Shown piece by piece: positions 1-10,788 of a stretch of 64,000 nt of DNA. The stretch's first letter is position 1. Every line of letters starts with the position of its first letter. Below the pieces are notes generated by a model. That model was not told where the DNA came from. It did no database searches and was given only the letters and a program-made list of their open reading frames with translations. The DNA comes from Fimbriosthenelais zetlandica (taxonomy: Eukaryota), in contig OZ365113.1 of NCBI GenBank assembly GCA_977030845.1, positions 11,284,001 to 11,348,000 on the forward strand. The letters run 5' to 3'. Made by a program: the position numbers and the translations under genes.

Positions 1-37
1 TTTAGTGTACATCCTGAAGACTTTTGAGTTTAATGTG
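1..37 (-). CDS. RC3H1/RC3H2: Roquin coding exon 16 (partial, runs off window)
   Basis: Polypyrimidine tract plus AAAG acceptor at 38-39; phase-2 join gives [13 protein letters not shown], open to the window edge. Confidence 0.6.
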
Positions 38-3000
38 CTTTAAAAATTAAAAAGAAAAGAATGACCTCATGAAATTTATAGTAGAAGTACTGAGACTAGG
101 TTGTGAACCCGGCGAGTTTTAATTTAAATACTTTTATACTTTTTATTACTTGTAAAATGTGTAAATTCTAAGATTAATTATTGTACATATATATGTTGTA
201 TTATTAGTAAAATTTTTGTATCAGGACCGCCTGAAAAAACACCGAATGGTGGTAATGGTTTTTTGTAAAGTGTCCTTGTTTAAATAAAAAAAAAAAAAAA
301 AAATGCTATAGACGACTTACTTTTCATTGAGTCGCCATAATGTGTTATGTTTGACGGCCGCTCCGGCTGTGACGACCCCTGGTTGGATGAGGGCAGTAGG
401 TAGACTAGTAGCCACATAGATACCATCCCGGTTAACGCTATGTCCACCTCCACCACTCGCCTCCCCAGTTACCCTGCTATCTGATTTACTAGACACAGGG
501 GGGTTCTGAGACAGGAAACGGCTGGGAACTTGGTAGGAGACAGGGTAAGGACGCTTAATGGGCGTTATAGCATTGACAGGTGTTGTCTCCTTAGCCTAAT
601 AAAAGAAATACAAAGAAGGCTTTCATCAATCATACCATTCCTTTAATAAGTGTAACTGTTTTACTCAACATTAATTATATTTTTTTTTTAGTTAGAATTT
701 TTATAGAGCCATATTATGGGTGAATACCAGCTCACACTCTTGATTACTCAAGTTTTCGTATGATTTTCAGCTGGGGGCTCTTTCTAAGTGCATTGCTACA
801 TTGCCTTCTGTGCAATGGATATTTCTAGGTGCATGTGCTCTAGAACATATGTACAACAGAGCATTTAGAGCATTTATAAGAGCATTTAGAGGATTAATCA
901 CAATTTAATATATTTATGTTAATCCTAATAGTAAATTGGATAGTTTGTCCTCACCTGTACTGCTTGAACTTGGACAGGGTGGGTGTCTCCGACTTTGGCC
1001 CTCGCGGCCCGGGATATTGGTCCATATTTGGAAACCACTGTGTGCTCGAACGGAATAAATTCATCCTCATCTTCAGCTAGCCACAACCTGCAATCAATGG
1101 ATTCAAGAATAACTTATCGATATCAGATAGAAAAGGCCGCTGTGAAAATTATTTATTTTATTTAAATACTGTAATGAAAAATTATTTGATCAATTAGGTG
1201 AAGGAATTAGGGGAGATATATCACTGAGGGGTTGCAATTGATGAAATTGAAATTGAATTTTTCTGATTAACTAAAGCATATGTGCGGAGACTGTCAAATA
1301 ACTGAATTACAAACAATAAGAGCAGGTTGTGACCCCGGCGAGTTTTTAATTTAAATAATTTTTTTTTTTTTGATACTTGTGTTAATTGGCATAATTTGTA
1401 ACATTGGATTATTGTATACATTGTATTATGAGGAATTATTTAAAGTTAAATTTGTGTTGTATCAGGACCGCCTGAAAAGACGCCGAAAGGTGGAAATGGC
1501 TTTGTAAAAGTGTCCTTGAAATAATAATAAAAAAAAAAAAATGAATATTTGTGAAAGGTTGAGTGGATAATCCAAGGAAGAAAGGCTTACGGGTAATCTC
1601 TGAGTGAGAACTCAGGGCGGGCGCCGTCACTTGGTGGGATGTGGGTGTGTGAGTGAGAACAACCCGCATGTCCAACGGCCGGAGCCACGTTATACGACGA
1701 CATGGTGGTTGTGGATGAAGGAACTGACTGGATCAGCTTAGAAAAAAATATATACATAACAGGTAAGACATTTAATATACATAAAAATATACATAACAGG
1801 TAAGACATTTAATATACATAAAAATATACATAACAGGTAAGACATTTAATATACATGTACATAAAAATATACATAAGGGGCAAGGCATCAGACATTTAAT
1901 GACACATAACCAAAGATGGGAGTGATTTCATGAATGTACTGTTGCCTGGGACCCTTCTCGGTTAGCAGCAATGGGTCATATACATGCCCCTCACGCCGCA
2001 CCAGATGTAACGGGAGACATGATCAGCTTTTCATTTAAGAGAGTTTAAGCAGCAATAAACCATGGACCACCGTGTAAAGTCCTATAAAGAGAATGTTTAT
2101 ATCAGTTTATGTACTTACATAGACAGGTCTGGATGGTGTGTAATGACCCTGAGCTGTGGGGTTCGCCTCTAGCATTGAGTTGTACAGGGTTCGCTGTAAT
2201 TTCATATTACCCCTCAAGTTCGGGTTCGGTCGAGCAGGTCCATTTTCAACTGGAACAAAGAAGGCATTTAATACACTTTTAACAATAAATAGTTACTTTT
2301 TTTTCAATTCAATGACACCATTATTTAACTCCTATACAAGTAAGAAGTGAGCTGACCTCTGTGCATGGCCATGGTGGTGAGACTTGTAGCTAGGCTATCA
2401 GCCACACTCATGCTGATCTTGGTTGTTAGTGGGATCTGTAGTATAGCCGGAGCACTCTCAGGCTCGGTGATAGCCACATTTTTCTCTTCCCGTGCTGGTA
2501 GCTGTGACTCTTTGAGATGGGAGATGAGCTCTGTTTTACGCCGCTGAAGCTCCTGTAACTGTTGTGANNNNNNNNNNNNNNNNNNNNNNNNNNNNNNNNN
2601 NNNNNNNNNNNNNNNNNNNNNNNNNNNNNNNNNNNNNNNNNNNNNNNNNNNNNNNNNNNNNNNNNNNNNNNNNNNNNNNNNNNNNNNNNNNNNNNNNNNN
2701 NNNNAATGAATAGATGGATCAATGAATGAACGAACGGATGAATGAATGGATAGATGAATGGATGAATGAATGAATGAATGAATGAATGAACGAACGAACG
2801 GATGAATGAATGAATGAATGGCTATATGGGTCAATATCAAAATCAGGAACATGAGTAAATGGTCCATGACTTCCCCGTTTGTACAATGTCCAAAAATTAA
2901 ACCAAAATCATTAAAATTATCCTATAAAAACATGATATTTTAAAACAATAGAACGTAAGGACCATGTGTCACCTTTGTAGCAGCAGCTATGTTAGCAGAG

Positions 3001-6000
3001 AGATAGTAGTGAGAGTCACTGGTGGGGATGTTTACACGGGTGGTGCGGGTGTACGGGTTAGCAGGCATACACAGTACTGGATCCATGGAAGGACTGGTGG
3101 CAGACGGGAGAGGAGGAGACTCCACCGGGGGTGCTACAGGTGATCGGGGCTGCGTGGAGATGGTGGATATCGTGGTCATACCTGAGGTGAACAATGAAAA
3201 CAAGACGATTTAAATCAATGTTAATAGTCGCTTCTTGCTGTTGGTTTTAAAAGGTAATTTTTTTTTATTTTTTTTTAATATTTAGGATGTTTATACAGCG
3301 ACATAATCAATGAATGTATTCAAATGCTTTTAGAAATGAATCATTATGAATAAGATTGAATACAGAGATTTGCCGATGTAAGTATGGTTATATTGGTGAT
3401 TTATTGGTAAACTCACGGTCTTCAGGGTAGACTATATTGGGAGGTGGAGCTCGTTGAGAGACGGGTACAGCAGGCGGGGTGAAACTATCCTGTCTGGCCT
3501 GGGTCGGCGAGGTGTAGATAGTCTGCTGGGCTATAGCTTTCTTCGCTTGTACTGGCATGATGGAGGGTTTACCTACAGGCACAGTGACGGGAGCTTCTGA
3601 CGCGGGCAACACAGAGGATCTGTACAACAAGGATAGACAAATAAGCAATATTAAATTCAATATTAAATTTAATAAAGTAGAAAAGAATAGTCGGGATTTA
3701 ATGGAATCAAATTTAAACCTGAGAGGATAGGCATTATACTGAAACATCATTTCTTGTAAAAAGAAAAATATCTTTCGAGGGTAATCAAGAAATATTAGTA
3801 AATACCTGGTTATTGTAAGGGGAGGAGGGGTCTCCCGCTCCACGGGGGTCTGTTTCTGGCTTGCGGCACTAAAAGCTAAGAAATCAGCTTCAGCACTGGC
3901 TGACTCCACCACAAGTTGCTTAGGCTTCTTTATTCCAAACTTCTTGTTCTGATTCCGAAATCTGGGGGTTTAGAATCAGATGATTAGATCATTTCAAACA
4001 ATGGCTCCCTTTCAACCTTACACCTTATTCGAATTGTAAATTATATGGAAAATCTAACCCTGAAGCCAACCCCACAACGACCCAGCGTATTCGATTGCAA
4101 AACCATAAACTTGAGCCCCTTGAGCACAAATTCCTTTTAGGAAAAAGTGCTAAAGACAACAAATTTCTTTTAGCAATTTGCAGTTGGCGTTAGCAGATGT
4201 CAATTTGAATGAAACATTGCTAGTTGGATTTTTTGATATTTGTGTGATTTTGCGGTGGTTAGGTGTGATTTTTAGTTCGCAAAATTAGCGAATAACAGTC
4301 ATTTTCTCTTAGCAATGTAGCATTTTTATTTGCAAATTGCGACAGTGCGATCGGGTACAGCGAGCCCAGAGATACTAGTTATGAAACAGAAGAAGTCAGA
4401 TTGGAGTAACGCACCTTTCCATTTCTTCCTGGGAATGAGCAAAGGTACAGGTGGTGCCCCGGGGACATCGACCTTTCTGTAGGAGGTCACGACACATGGA
4501 CGTTTTAAACTTGTTATTCTGGTGAGCTATAGGTTCAGCCTTCCCCGAGTTACGAGCGTGGAAAAAATCAATGAGACCTTCAACCACGGTCTGAGCTGAA
4601 CGCATAATGGCGTCCAAGTTCTCCCACGATGGCGGCGGACTGTCTGTTGAAAATATATTATACACATTTAATTATATTTGTACCCCTATTTCTATTATCT
4701 GACCAGAAAAAATATTAATTACGTCTAATGTCAATAAGGGATTAAGTATACGATTCTTGCTTACCGGGGCTGGGGTCAATGTTAGCTAGTAGATCAAAAT
4801 GAGCTTTGAGTCGAGAAAGTCCCCCTGGGTCGTTGGTGCGCTGAAGGGCTAGCATAAGTTCTGAGACACTCTGTGAAAATGACTGTGGTGTTTGAAGCTG
4901 GAAATAAATTATATCCGATTTAAGATAAATAATTCACCTACCTATTTCAGATGATTAAAATCATAGAGGAAGTACGTACCTTATCAATGATAGACTGCAT
5001 ATAAGACTTGTGAGCCGCGTCCCCATATAAGAGTGACGACCACTGCTCGGGTGAGATACGGAGACCAGCCTCGGTGGCTATTTGTACAATCTGGGAATCA
5101 TGTTCGCGGCGCAAGGCTTCATAAGTCCTGAACTCGTCCTTCAACTGCATCAGTGATGACTCCTCCTCTCTTTTGGTGACCTAATAGATTAAAGGTTGAC
5201 AACTATTTCAGTCATCTTATTCTCCAGACCACATGATACAATTTATTTCATCCAAACATCCAAACCTGCCCATAATATACGTAGGCCACCAACCCCATGT
5301 AAAATCCCCTGGTGAAGACCGTATAATAAAGGTGGAAAGCTTAGATAAGTTCTGGGTCCTTCCCTTCCATATTCACGTATTTAGAAAACATTTCGTTAAC
5401 CACCGATTGGGAGCGGAGAAACCTAATATAGTTTACCTTGAAGCATGAAGCTCGGTACAGGAGTTGCACTACATGGCCCACGGCGGTTTTAGAAGCTTGC
5501 GTGTATTGTGATTCCAGTCGTTGAACGGCAAAGAGTACAAGTACTTTACGAGACAAGGCCGATCCATCCTCAAGAGCCAGTAATACCAACTTGAGGACCT
5601 CTTCTTGCATGGCTTTAAAATAAAATAATCAAGTTTTCTCCTGAATATTTATGCATCATATGTAGTAAATAAGTAATGTTACAAGAATAGTCTTTCATGG
5701 AAGACTTAATAAGCATTTTCAAAGTGTGTCAAACCTTTAAGATTCGGGGTTTTTTTGGGTTTTTTTTTATATAATCTATTTTTATTCTTGAGGTGTATAC
5801 AAATGTTTATGTAACAACTAGCGGTCTCGGGATGTTTTACAGTTATCGATCCCTTACCTGGGCCCAGGAACTGACAACCTCTGGCCCTCACTGCCGCCCA
5901 CAGATTGGCTGAGAGTTGTTGAGGGTTTTGGTGTTGCAGTATTAACTCTGTGACAGTCCTTTCTCCCAGAGATCGTGCGGCACGCATGGCTCGTGCCCGA

Positions 6001-6767
6001 CCCTCTTCCTCCAGTAGTTGACAGTTGACAAGGGTGACAAGCTTCCTCTGCATGGGTCGACTTAATACTGGACCAGCAGAGGAACTTGACTGGCTCCCGG
6101 AGGCTACAATAAAGACGTGATAAAAACATGAGGTTAAACTCAATTAATAAATAAATTGTATAAAACCATTGGATCCGACAGGAAAAGTGGATGGAATTGA
6201 GGAAAGGTGAAGTAAAACTTACGTTGGGAGGACATGGGTTTTAAATGGACAGCAAGGTTCTCGATACATCTTTTGGCTGAAGTGTAAAACTTGTAATTTT
6301 CGGCTAGACTGTCAGCAGCATGGTTGGTTTCTAACTGGTCAGGAATGGCAACACCCACTAGCTGCAGGAGGGCAAAGTTAACGGGCAGTTCATCGATCTC
6401 CCTGGAAATGACATTCTGATCAAATGGACATTTCTTCTGCTCAAACTTCTCAAGACACACCTAGAAAGACAAGAAAATAAAATGCAAGTCCGGGAAAAGT
6501 GAGGGAAGACAATTTCCTATCATATATTATTTACTGTCCCTCCCATTTATTAGGTTCCACCCAAAATATTTAGGCTAGATGTAGCCCATAATAGTATACC
6601 AGAATATAACATGGGAAATAATCAAATTACTGTACCTTGCAAATTGTGTGTCCACATCCTAAACTTATGGGTCGGTGATGAGTCTCTCCAAAGACATTGT
6701 AACAGATAGGACAAGAGAGGAACTCCGTCCATTGCGGGGCTGTCGTGGGCGGGCTTATTTTACTCAT
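1..6767 (-). CDS. RC3H1/RC3H2: Roquin (RING - ROQ/HEPN - CCCH zinc finger RNA-binding E3 ligase), multi-exon, 3' end beyond window start
   Basis: Hand-spliced GT-AG exons, phase-consistent except across the N gap: 6636-6767, 6223-6460, 5858-6103, 5437-5612, 4980-5180, 4765-4897, 4415-4643, 3806-3961, 3417-3619, 2973-3181, 2357-(>=2567, 5' part in N gap), 2119-2249, 1591-1736, 955-1087, 321-595, 1-37. Hallmarks: [57 protein letters not shown]...[19 protein letters not shown]...SKYGPISR. Confidence 0.97.
98..303 (+). mobile_element. 5'-truncated non-LTR retroelement 3' end with poly(A), antisense in a Roquin intron
   Basis: Aligns by eye with 1324-1541 (AGGTTGTGA.CCCGGCGAGTTTT...TCAGGACCGCCTGAAAA...GTGTCCTTG..A-tail). 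Confidence 0.7.
321..595 (-). CDS. RC3H1/RC3H2: Roquin coding exon 15
   Basis: Open frame [24 protein letters not shown]...HNTLWRLNE; TATTAG acceptor, AA|GTAAGT donor. Confidence 0.82.
686..831 (+). repeat. Dispersed repeat family copy 1 of 3
   Basis: TTTTAGTTAGAATTT.TATAG.GCC...CCAGCT.ACACTCTTGATTA.TCAAGTTTTCGTATGATTTTCAGCTGGGGGCTC also occurs at 58124-58274 (+) and partially at 9708-9797 (-). Confidence 0.85.
955..1087 (-). CDS. RC3H1/RC3H2: Roquin coding exon 14 (conserved C-terminal motif)
   Basis: [44 protein letters not shown] resembles the vertebrate DIIPF...SKWGAISR motif; TTGCAG acceptor, CAG|GTGAGG donor. Confidence 0.92.
1145..1541 (+). mobile_element. Longer copy of the same LINE-like 3' end with poly(A), antisense in a Roquin intron
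   Basis: Shared 3' 218 bp with 98-303. The extra 5' part reads as a decayed LINE ORF2 C-terminus ([10 protein letters not shown]...L.G...IF), recognised by eye only. Confidence 0.6.
1591..1736 (-). CDS. RC3H1/RC3H2: Roquin coding exon 13
   Basis: [25 protein letters not shown]...EFSLRDYP; TTTCTAAG acceptor, CC|GTAAG donor, phase 0 to 2. Confidence 0.8.
1746..1865. repeat. 37-bp tandem repeat, ~3 copies
   Basis: Unit ATACATAACAGGTAAGACATTTAATATACATAAAAAT; AGGTAAG at 1761, 1798, 1835. Confidence 0.95.
2119..2249 (-). CDS. RC3H1/RC3H2: Roquin coding exon 12
   Basis: [44 protein letters not shown]; TTCCAG acceptor, GTAAGT donor, phase 1 to 0. Confidence 0.82.
2357..2567 (-). CDS. RC3H1/RC3H2: Roquin coding exon 11 (5' part hidden in N gap)
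   Basis: [18 protein letters not shown] resembles the Roquin QLEELxxRKxEI coiled segment; donor AG|GTCAGC gives phase 1, matching the next exon. Confidence 0.85.
2568..2704. other. Assembly gap (137 N) next to an (ATGA)n microsatellite
   Basis: N run directly visible; (ATGA/ACGA)n at 2705-2820. Confidence 0.99.
2705..2820. repeat. (AATG)n-type microsatellite
   Basis: Imperfect ATGA/ATGG/ACGA tetramers. Confidence 0.95.
2973..3181 (-). CDS. RC3H1/RC3H2: Roquin coding exon 10 (Pro-rich region)
   Basis: [25 protein letters not shown]...[13 protein letters not shown]; CCTCAG acceptor, AAG|GTGACA donor. Confidence 0.86.
3417..3619 (-). CDS. RC3H1/RC3H2: Roquin coding exon 9 (Pro-rich region)
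   Basis: [18 protein letters not shown]...[12 protein letters not shown]; GTACAG acceptor, C|GTGAGT donor. Confidence 0.88.
3806..3961 (-). CDS. RC3H1/RC3H2: Roquin coding exon 8
   Basis: (R)[27 protein letters not shown]...PPLTITR; phase 2 in and out, canonical sites. Confidence 0.88.
4415..4643 (-). CDS. RC3H1/RC3H2: Roquin coding exon 7 (CCCH zinc finger)
   Basis: [32 protein letters not shown]. Confidence 0.96.
4765..4897 (-). CDS. RC3H1/RC3H2: Roquin coding exon 6 (HEPN-C)
   Basis: [44 protein letters not shown]; TTCCAG acceptor, G|GTAAG donor. Confidence 0.93.
4980..5180 (-). CDS. RC3H1/RC3H2: Roquin coding exon 5 (ROQ domain)
   Basis: [67 protein letters not shown]. Confidence 0.97.
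5437..5612 (-). CDS. RC3H1/RC3H2: Roquin coding exon 4 (ROQ domain)
   Basis: [34 protein letters not shown]...[19 protein letters not shown]. Confidence 0.97.
5858..6103 (-). CDS. RC3H1/RC3H2: Roquin coding exon 3 (ROQ domain)
   Basis: [69 protein letters not shown]; donor G|GTAAG. Confidence 0.97.
6223..6460 (-). CDS. RC3H1/RC3H2: Roquin coding exon 2 (RING C-half, HEPN-N)
   Basis: [15 protein letters not shown]...[12 protein letters not shown]...[14 protein letters not shown]; TTTCTAG acceptor, C|GTAAGT donor. Confidence 0.95.
6636..6767 (-). CDS. RC3H1/RC3H2: Roquin coding exon 1 (start codon, RING N-half)
   Basis: [44 protein letters not shown]; acceptor TTGCAG just upstream (exon starts 6777); donor AAG|GTACA; not in the ORF track (<60 aa). 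Confidence 0.95.
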
Positions 6768-7839
6768 GGAGGTAGGTCTGCAATGACAAAACAAAGTGTT
6801 GGTAGGTAGGCATCAAATGGAAAATATCAAGCAGCTTCAAAAACAATTTATGCTTGCTGGAAATACATGAACATGACACTAGAAGGACTAAGGTTTGTCA
6901 CTGTAGATAACATTGTGCCATGCATCTTGAAATTCGACGACAATCAATATTTCTGTGAAGAGGGCAAGGGAAAGGCTTACGGTTCATTATACTGTATGGC
7001 ATGGTCATAATAATTATTACATAGTCATGATGCTGTAACTAACACATTGCAACAGCGTAATTAGTAATGACATTTTCATGTCATTAACGACACAAGGCTA
7101 GCTACCCTTTACAACTAATAGTAGTCTAACAACGTACCGGTACTGTCTGTACTAGTTTAGACTTTAGGTCTATTCAATGCCACATCCATAGGCCTACGTT
7201 TTAAAATAATATTGTATTAAGAATTATGAATTACATTATTGAAAGTCTATATACTATAATTAGGATATCGATATAATTATATAGACATTTATGAAAACAT
7301 TACGTCTATGTATAGTGGACATACCTTAGGCATTTAAGTCTGCAATCACTTATAATTCCCTTGCTGAACTTTTATGGCATGCGATCAGTCGTAAGTTCGC
7401 ACTTCATGACGGCACTGGGGTCAGGAAACCATGATAGAACTGGTAGATTCCAGTTCTATGAGGAAACACAGTGAATCTGACTGTCTCGTGGTGGAAGGCC
7501 TAAGTCTTAGAGGCCAGAAGCCAAAACAAGTTGTGCCGAACAAACATCATCCCGGACCTAAAGGGCCCGGTCAGGTAGAAGTATGAGGAAATATTGCAGC
7601 CGATTTCATGAGTAGATGACAAACATTGTCGACCAAAATAGAAAAGCCTACTATGAAAGTGCGGGTTGCCCGGATGTGACACCCTGATCCGGGCACTAAA
7701 GTAATGGCGCCAGAGTCAAACTCGCGACATTCAGTATAATATATAGAATTGTTACAATATTAGCCATAGTGATAATTTATATGCTACTATATTGACATAT
7801 TTAATTTGGAGAGGTACAGTTCTATGATTGTGCTTACCA

Positions 7840-8612
7840 TTGATTGGAGTGGGAGAATATACCGATGTAAAAGAAAGTGACTCATTGTTGATTGGGCGAT
7901 AATTGGTGTTTTCGGTACTTCAAACAGGACTTTGTCGACATTATATTAGGATTTAAATTCCAGATTATTTTCTTGTAATAAGTCATTCGTCTGGGCTTCG
8001 ATAAACGACCGTAAGCTACTGCCACGACACAAATTAGCCAGTAGCCCTACGCCGGAGTCCAGGATGCACGCTGCATGTCCGCCATCTTGGTCCGTTGCAA
8101 CGGGTATTGGGTCTAACTTTCACGGTTTTGTCGTTTATGTGTTGGTTTCAGTTTTTGGCGGTGGTGGCGTGCGGAGTGAAGAGAGGAGTCGCCCTAGAAC
8201 TTTTCTGTTAGTCTGAAAATACAAACAATTAGATGCAAGACATAAGTATCTTTTATTCACATTAAAATTAATATACGCGTGAAATAAATTTGAAGGTCTT
8301 TAACCTGATTAAAAACTATTTCTCATAGGCCGGCACCGGTAGGTAGTTGTAGTGATACCTAAATTATAGTCAGTCAATCTTTGGTTAAAAATTATGTGGT
8401 TAAAATCTAAGAGGAGATGAAATCTCTAACGGAAAAATAGATACAAAAGAAATAAATTAGATTAAAATCAGTTATATATGAATAAATTGGTCTTTGGTTA
8501 TCCATTCAGTTCCAGAACCTCTAAAGTCTAAACAAGAACACGTGCCGGTTGGTAAATTTTGCGTGTGGAGACCTGAAACCTTCTTCTGTTGGCTTGCTGC
8601 ATTATCTTCAGG
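7840..8612. promoter_or_regulatory. Divergent promoter / 5' non-coding exon region shared by Roquin (-) and gene A (+)
   Basis: Minus strand: CAAGATGGCGG (YY1-type) at ~8079-8089 and donor ATG|GTAAG near 7840. Plus strand: E-box CACGTG at 8539-8544 and donor AGG|GTGAGT at 8612/8613. TSS positions are not determinable from sequence. Confidence 0.55.
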
Positions 8613-9707
8613 GTGAGTATTATTTTGCGAAATTTATTATACTTACGCACTATTACAGATTTAACCTATATAGAACATTTGAGATAAGGTGTTGTGATAC
8701 ATTATACCGGAGAATTATGCGCCAAAGATAATTGCTTACATAGCTGTTTTGTCTTCAAATCACGGGTTGCCAATCGGCATTGGTGTTGGTGAGCGATAAT
8801 GGGGATGTGAAGTGTAAATGCTGTGAAAATATTTGCGTGTTTCTGTTAAAATTGCTGTAATAACAGTCTGTATGTTTAGGCGAGAGTTGCATATGTATTG
8901 TAAATCAATATGATAACATAATACGGACTGAATGGTATAGATTTTAGAGTCAAAAACGTTTGGCGTTTACCAATATATATCCAATAATTATATTATTATT
9001 ATTATATTAAATAGACAACCTGATACCGGTACCATGAAATGATGAATGGTCATAGCCTAACGTTACTGATTACTGTACAGGCCCAGCGTGAACTACCGGT
9101 TTCCTGAAAATATATTGCCAGAAACTAAAAGTATAAGGCACAGAGTATGAAGTAAATAATGAAGAATGGAAAGGTTCACTTTTGTCTCCTGTATTGGCCC
9201 AATGAATTGGGCTACATTTTTGTCTGATTGAAAATTTGAAATGGAGAAAGTAAGATCTTTGGTGATACCGGTACCGTATGTCACTATTGTCAGTGCAAAG
9301 CCGTGTTCCTCCTTCACCAAGAATGAGTAACATTGGTTTAAAGTAGAGAAAGACTGCACTGATGACTTCGCTTAAAAAAACTCCTCCAATCAGTGCCGTC
9401 CAGAAATGAGTATTTGTCAGTGACATGTAAATTATAGCAATGATGATGACAAATATAGGCAAGTGTCATTAAAAAAGTAGGCCTATAATAGGAAGATATG
9501 TGAGGGCAGACATCCCTTTCACACCTAATCCTTTATAGATTTGAAAGTTTTACGACCTCAAGTAATGAAATGGCCCTCTAAATTTAGATATGTGTATTAC
9601 AGTGCTGTATTGCCTAGGCTACACTTCAATAAACAGCCAAGATAAAATAGATAGAATGTGTAAAAAATAGTACATAAATGGCTTTAATCGGGGCCTAAAT
9701 TTTTGCC

Positions 9708-9797
9708 CTCAGCTGAAAACCATACGTTAAACTTGAATCATCAAGAGTGTGAGCTGGCCTCACCAATAATATGGCTCTATAAAAATTCTAACTAAAA
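9708..9797 (-). repeat. Dispersed repeat family copy 2 (partial)
   Basis: Reverse complement matches the first ~90 bp of 686-831. Confidence 0.8.
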
Positions 9798-9985
9798 TCT
9801 TTGTCTGAATAACCCAGTGTCTTATTAAAAGTATGCCTATAACTTTGTAAATAAATGATCCAGCTGAATGTCTTATATGTTCTTATATTGTGACTTTAGT
9901 CGACTAAGTACCGGTATATGATTGTGGTATATGGTAATGTTAAATTGAAAATGTTTATATTTACGGTGCCACTTTTCAGTTCAAT

Positions 9986-10646
9986 ATGGACGAGGCAGGA
10001 GTAACCGTTGAAGTAGAGCCTCAAGAAGCCCCGACTTTAAAGCGGCCTGCAGATGACAACAGTGATGTAGATGCTCCTCCGTCCAAAGTTGCCAAGACTC
10101 CAAGCTCGTTCAAAAATGTCTTCAGACAACTGAGTCTCATGCGACCCGGTCTTCTCTTCGACTTGGAAGGTGAAGTGGCTTCTGACGGTGTGACGTCGTT
10201 GTATACTATGGTGGTTGACGTGGACGGTGTCAAATTCAGAGGGACCGGTCCAAGTAAGAGAAATGCCAAGGTCCTGGCAGGAGAGCAGGTACTAGCTCAC
10301 CTTGAGGCCCTTGGTGTGAAGCCAATACCAGAGAGTGAACGGCCGCCTAAACCTGAAAATACCAATAAAGGACAGTCCCAAAGTCAAGCTAGCACACTGA
10401 CTGAGGAACAAAAAGCTCAACAGATGGCGGGCAAAAACCCAGTCATGATGCTTCATGAGATAAGACCCAGTTTTGATTGTGAAATTGTGTCGGATGAACG
10501 GAAGGGGACCAGCCGGCGTGTGGAGATGGCCATCACAGTGGACGGGAAGAAGTTTACTGGAGGTGGACGCAGCAATAAGATTGCCAGGGCAAAGGCTGCC
10601 GTCTCCGCACTAGAATCACTCTTTTCATTGGAATTCACAGATTTTG
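9986..10646 (+). CDS. Gene A coding exon 1: bipartite NLS + dsRBD1 + dsRBD2 (ADAR2/ILF3-type dsRBDs)
   Basis: Acceptor TTTTCAG ending 9979, ATG at 9986. LKRPADD..PPSKVAK NLS; L..MRPGL...FRGTGPSKRNAK; GKNPVMMLHEIRP...VDGKKFTGGGRSNKIARAKAAVSALESLF. Two in-phase donors: G|GTGAAA (exon end 10646) or A|GTGAGA (exon end 10652). Confidence 0.92.
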
Positions 10647-10788
10647 GTGAAAGTGAGATATTTTGGAGTTATAAGTAATTCCTTTGGTTGAGTAGCGTCA
10701 TGGCATTATCTAGACATTGGGTATAATCATGCCCTTCGTCTCTTATGTATTCTATCTTTGTAGTTTTATCTTTTTGCTTCCGTTTCAG

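Noticed and set aside
2031-2081. Possible Roquin terminal exon [16 protein letters not shown]-stop
   Set aside because: It would need a 37-nt intron. Splicing 2119 to 1736 keeps the frame and reaches the conserved C-terminal motif.
4060-4370. Possible MITE in a Roquin intron
   Set aside because: The inverted ends are too loose and no TSD was found.
6950-6960. TTCTGTGAA resembling a Roquin CDE stem-loop
   Set aside because: It lies on the non-transcribed strand of a Roquin intron, not in a 3'UTR.
9070-9462. Two overlapping minus-strand ORFs
   Set aside because: They lie in gene A intron 1, with no recognisable domain and AT-rich composition.
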